A stretch of 63,659 nucleotides of DNA, filler included, from Folioceros fuciformis (taxonomy: Eukaryota), in assembly GCA_049999805.1 (NCBI GenBank). It is 6 parts of 6 records of this genome, joined end to end, with 100 filler letters (N's around TTAATTAATTAA, not from the genome) between each part and the next. Parts side by side here need not be neighbours in the genome. Positions count along the whole stretch, not along the records: positions 54,060 to 63,659 come from JBNGIO010004121.1; 5 more parts are not named here. One strand, given 5' to 3'. The position numbers and the translations under genes were made by a program. Shown here piece by piece: positions 63,416-63,659 of this stretch. The first letter of the stretch is position 1; every line of letters starts with the position of its first letter. The notes beneath the pieces were generated by a model. It was given only the letters and a program-made list of their open reading frames with translations. It made no database searches and was not told the DNA's origin.

Positions 63416-63659
63416 TTTCCTTGATTTTCTGGTCATTTTTCCTATTTTTCTTTGTGCTAATTGGGTTAATTGACTAGGAAATAGTTGGTTTGGTTATAAG
63501 AGTGGGTATAGGTTTGGTCCCAGACCTGGGAAGGTTTTGGTTTCCTTGATTTTCTGGTCATTTTTCCTATTTTTCTTTGTGCTAATTGAGTTAATTGACT
63601 AGGAAATAGTTCGTTTGGTTATAAGAGTGGGTATAGGTTTGGTCCCAGACCTGGGAAGG
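63416..63659 (+). repeat. 125-nt direct tandem repeat (2 copies, running off the window end)
   Basis: TTGATTTTCTGGTCATTTTTCC at 63421 and 63546. Confidence 0.85.

Overview
This is a eukaryotic land-plant nuclear sequence. The compact genes and short introns (mostly 70-150 nt) suggest a bryophyte such as a hornwort, but that is inference. The window is not one locus: six contigs are joined by artificial 100-nt N44-TTAATTAATTAA-N44 linkers. It holds housekeeping genes (quinone/alkenal reductase, CTU1, thioredoxin-like 4, MYC-type bHLH, PQ-loop transporter, PP4 catalytic subunit, Z-ISO, RbcX2, 3-hydroxybutyryl-CoA dehydrogenase, SEC-C protein, DRP1 dynamin), an inositol monophosphatase pseudogene, two decayed Ty1/copia elements and many minisatellites. 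The best novelty candidate is a receptor-like kinase (18730-21488, -) whose single-exon ectodomain appears to combine a ricin-B-like lectin with a DUF642/choice-of-anchor-C-like domain of bacterial appearance. The second is a gene that the ORF track shows only as fragments (44338-46408, +); it appears to encode two tandem, highly diverged DUF151/bifunctional-nuclease-like domains. Two U12 minor-spliceosome introns (one AT-AC) and a codon-preserving tandem duplication of a gene's 3' end were also found. Family calls are from motif recognition by eye; no database searches were run.
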